A stretch of 64,000 nt of DNA from a virus (lineage: Duplodnaviria; Heunggongvirae; Uroviricota; Caudoviricetes): the IMG/VR virus record IMGVR_UViG_3300042564_003265, one strand, 5' to 3'. The first letter of the stretch is position 1, and each line of letters opens with the position of its first letter. Shown piece after piece: positions 62,698-64,000 of the stretch. Under the pieces are notes generated by a model that was not told where the DNA came from, searched no databases, and was given only the letters and a program-made list of their open reading frames with translations. The translations under genes were made by a program, and so were the position numbers.

Positions 62698-64000
62698 TGT
62701 TCTTTAATTCGTTTATTTCTTTTTTCAAGTCTTTTATTGCCTCGATTAATACCGCAGTTATTCTTCCATAAGATACGGAATCTGGTTTACCTTCTGAATC
62801 GTAAAGTACAATATCAGGTAAAATTTCGGCAATTTCTTCAGCAATAACTCCGACTTCTTTTATATCATTTTCTTTTTTAAGGTATGTAACACCTCTCATT
62901 TGTAAAACCTTATCCAAACCATATGAAATGGTTTCAATGTCTTTCTTATATCGGATAGATGAGTTTTCAGTTAGTGTTCCACCAACTGTCATATTACCAG
63001 TATTATATGTATAATCATCCGCGATGTGGAATCTCAATGTTTGACTTGCTAACACGCCACCGGTCCAAAATTTATGTCCCTTACCCGATGAAATTGTTCC
63101 ACCATATTGATAATAGTTTGTATAATCCGCAGCGGTTCCATTTCTATCTCCCCTCATAATAATACTGTGGTTAGTGTCATTTGCATATATCCAACCATAC
63201 CCTCCATTGTTTAATACAAGATTTCCCTCAACCCCTGTAGAACCTTTAACGTGTAATTTATAAGATGGGTCACCCGCACTAAAGTTACCTATACCGACAT
63301 TATTTGATACAACGACTAAACCGTCCGTAGGTCTAGCGATATCTGCAGGTTCACCATTATAACCATTGGCCAGGAATATCATTCCACTATTATTCACAGT
63401 CCAAATTCTTAACTCAGCATCCGCATCATCGTGTTGTCTAATACCACATCTCCAAGTGGTAGATGAACCAAATAAAATTGAACCTTCATACGAACCTCCA
63501 TTAAGGTAAAGTCTATCTGTCAATGTTGCACCGGCAAATGTTGGTTGGTTACTCGTTCCAACACTTTGATTAATCGTGTAACTTGTAATGTTACCGGCAG
63601 TACCTGCGGTATCGGCATAACCTGCGTGTATTTTTCTCCAACTTCCAAATGAATTACTTTCATTAAATCTAACTGAAAGATAAGGTGTTGTAACATTTCT
63701 GTCAACTGCAAACATTGCACCATATGAACCTGCTCCTGTGGATGGGTAATCATTTCCTAAACCGATATACCAAGAATAAAATTGACCTCCACCTGTGCCA
63801 GGTCCATTTGTTGAACCTTGAACAAATCTAAAACCAAATCCGTATGTTGGTGTTGATGAGTCGAATCCTGTTCTTGTGCTATGGTTTTCACCCATATTGT
63901 TAAAGAACTGAACAGGAGTTAATCCACCAACTGTTCCTGCGTTTCCTGTAATGTTTGTTACACTTGTTAAGTAACCACTATTGTTGGTAAACTGAGATAT
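62690..64000 (-). CDS. tail fibre / tailspike protein with a C-terminal intramolecular chaperone (peptidase S74) domain; N-terminus lies outside the window
   Basis: C-terminal SSIRYKKDIETISYGLDKVLQMRGVTYLKK...EVGVIAEEIAEILPDIVLY...SVSYGRITAVLIEAIKDLKKEINELK matches the S74 chaperone domain. Frame stays open upstream of the ATG at 63895 to the window end. Confidence 0.75.
   Translation of the reverse strand: MSQFTNNSGYLTSVTNITGNAGTVGGLTPVQFFNNMGENHSTRTGFDSSTPTYGFGFRFVQGSTNGPGTGGGQFYSWYIGLGNDYPSTGAGSYGAMFAVDRNVTTPYLSVRFNESNSFGSWRKIHAGYADTAGTAGNITSYTINQSVGTSNQPTFAGATLTDRLYLNGGSYEGSILFGSSTTWRCGIRQHDDADAELRIWTVNNSGMIFLANGYNGEPADIARPTDGLVVVSNNVGIGNFSAGDPSYKLHVKGSTGVEGNLVLNNGGYGWIYANDTNHSIIMRGDRNGTAADYTNYYQYGGTISSGKGHKFWTGGVLASQTLRFHIADDYTYNTGNMTVGGTLTENSSIRYKKDIETISYGLDKVLQMRGVTYLKKENDIKEVGVIAEEIAEILPDIVLYDSEGKPDSVSYGRITAVLIEAIKDLKKEINELKNNG

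Noticed and set aside
44397-63753. Remaining shadow ORFs (44397, 44675, 48749, 49929, 51689, 53024, 53199, 59510, 59755, 61140, 61510, 62959, 63520)
   Set aside because: Antisense to or nested in ThyA, the SGNH paralogs, glycosyltransferases, tail-fibre paralogs and the tail fibre.
1-64000. CRISPR arrays, integrase, transposase, rRNA
   Set aside because: No regularly spaced 25-40 bp direct repeats with unique spacers. No tyrosine/serine recombinase or DDE motifs and no rRNA-like conserved blocks were seen. The repeated elements here are irregularly spaced and sequence-diverse, unlike CRISPR.

Overview
AT-rich (~33% GC) segment that reads as part of a large virulent bacteriophage genome, probably infecting a Bacteroidota host. 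The host call rests on near-consensus Bacteroidetes sigma-A promoters (TTTGG - N17-19 - TAnnTTTG) in front of almost every early gene and on the absence of Shine-Dalgarno sequences. Layout: (i) 1-13.4 kb, a plus-strand early region of ~29 small genes in short promoter-gene(s)-terminator units, separated by a recurrent GC-rich intergenic element carrying the motifs AATGTTCAACGGC and GCCGTAAGACAT; (ii) 13.45-14.05 kb, a ~600 bp non-coding convergence zone rich in GTATGAC iterons and CCC-UUCG-GGG hairpins; (iii) 14-53.5 kb, a long minus-strand block; (iv) 53.5-60.5 kb, a plus-strand glycan-biosynthesis cassette (2 GT4, 3 GT2, an NAD-dependent epimerase); (v) 60.5-64 kb, minus-strand tail-fibre genes (a fibre with a C-terminal S74 intramolecular chaperone, partial at the window edge, followed by three tandem adhesin-like paralogs). 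The minus-strand block holds 9 small proteins that share an N-terminal M-[KR]-[PED]-FKF-[FL] peptide (two more lie on the plus strand and one sits at the C-terminus of a membrane protein), a 2OG-Fe(II) oxygenase, six paralogous SGNH/GDSL hydrolases, a DnaA domain-IV-only protein, an RNA-repair module (CPR-like receiver, Rnl1-type RNA ligase, metallophosphoesterase, P-loop polynucleotide-kinase-like), an SPFH protein, a 2x[4Fe-4S] ferredoxin, a DEDDh exonuclease, an NT5C-type deoxyribonucleotidase, M23 and NlpC/P60 peptidoglycan hydrolases, a pyruvoyl-type SAM-decarboxylase-like protein, a C5-cytosine methyltransferase, a DPPF methyltransferase, a long ThyA homolog and DUF192. No rRNA, tRNA, CRISPR array, integrase or transposase was recognised. 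All functional calls come from motifs read by eye; none were database-verified.
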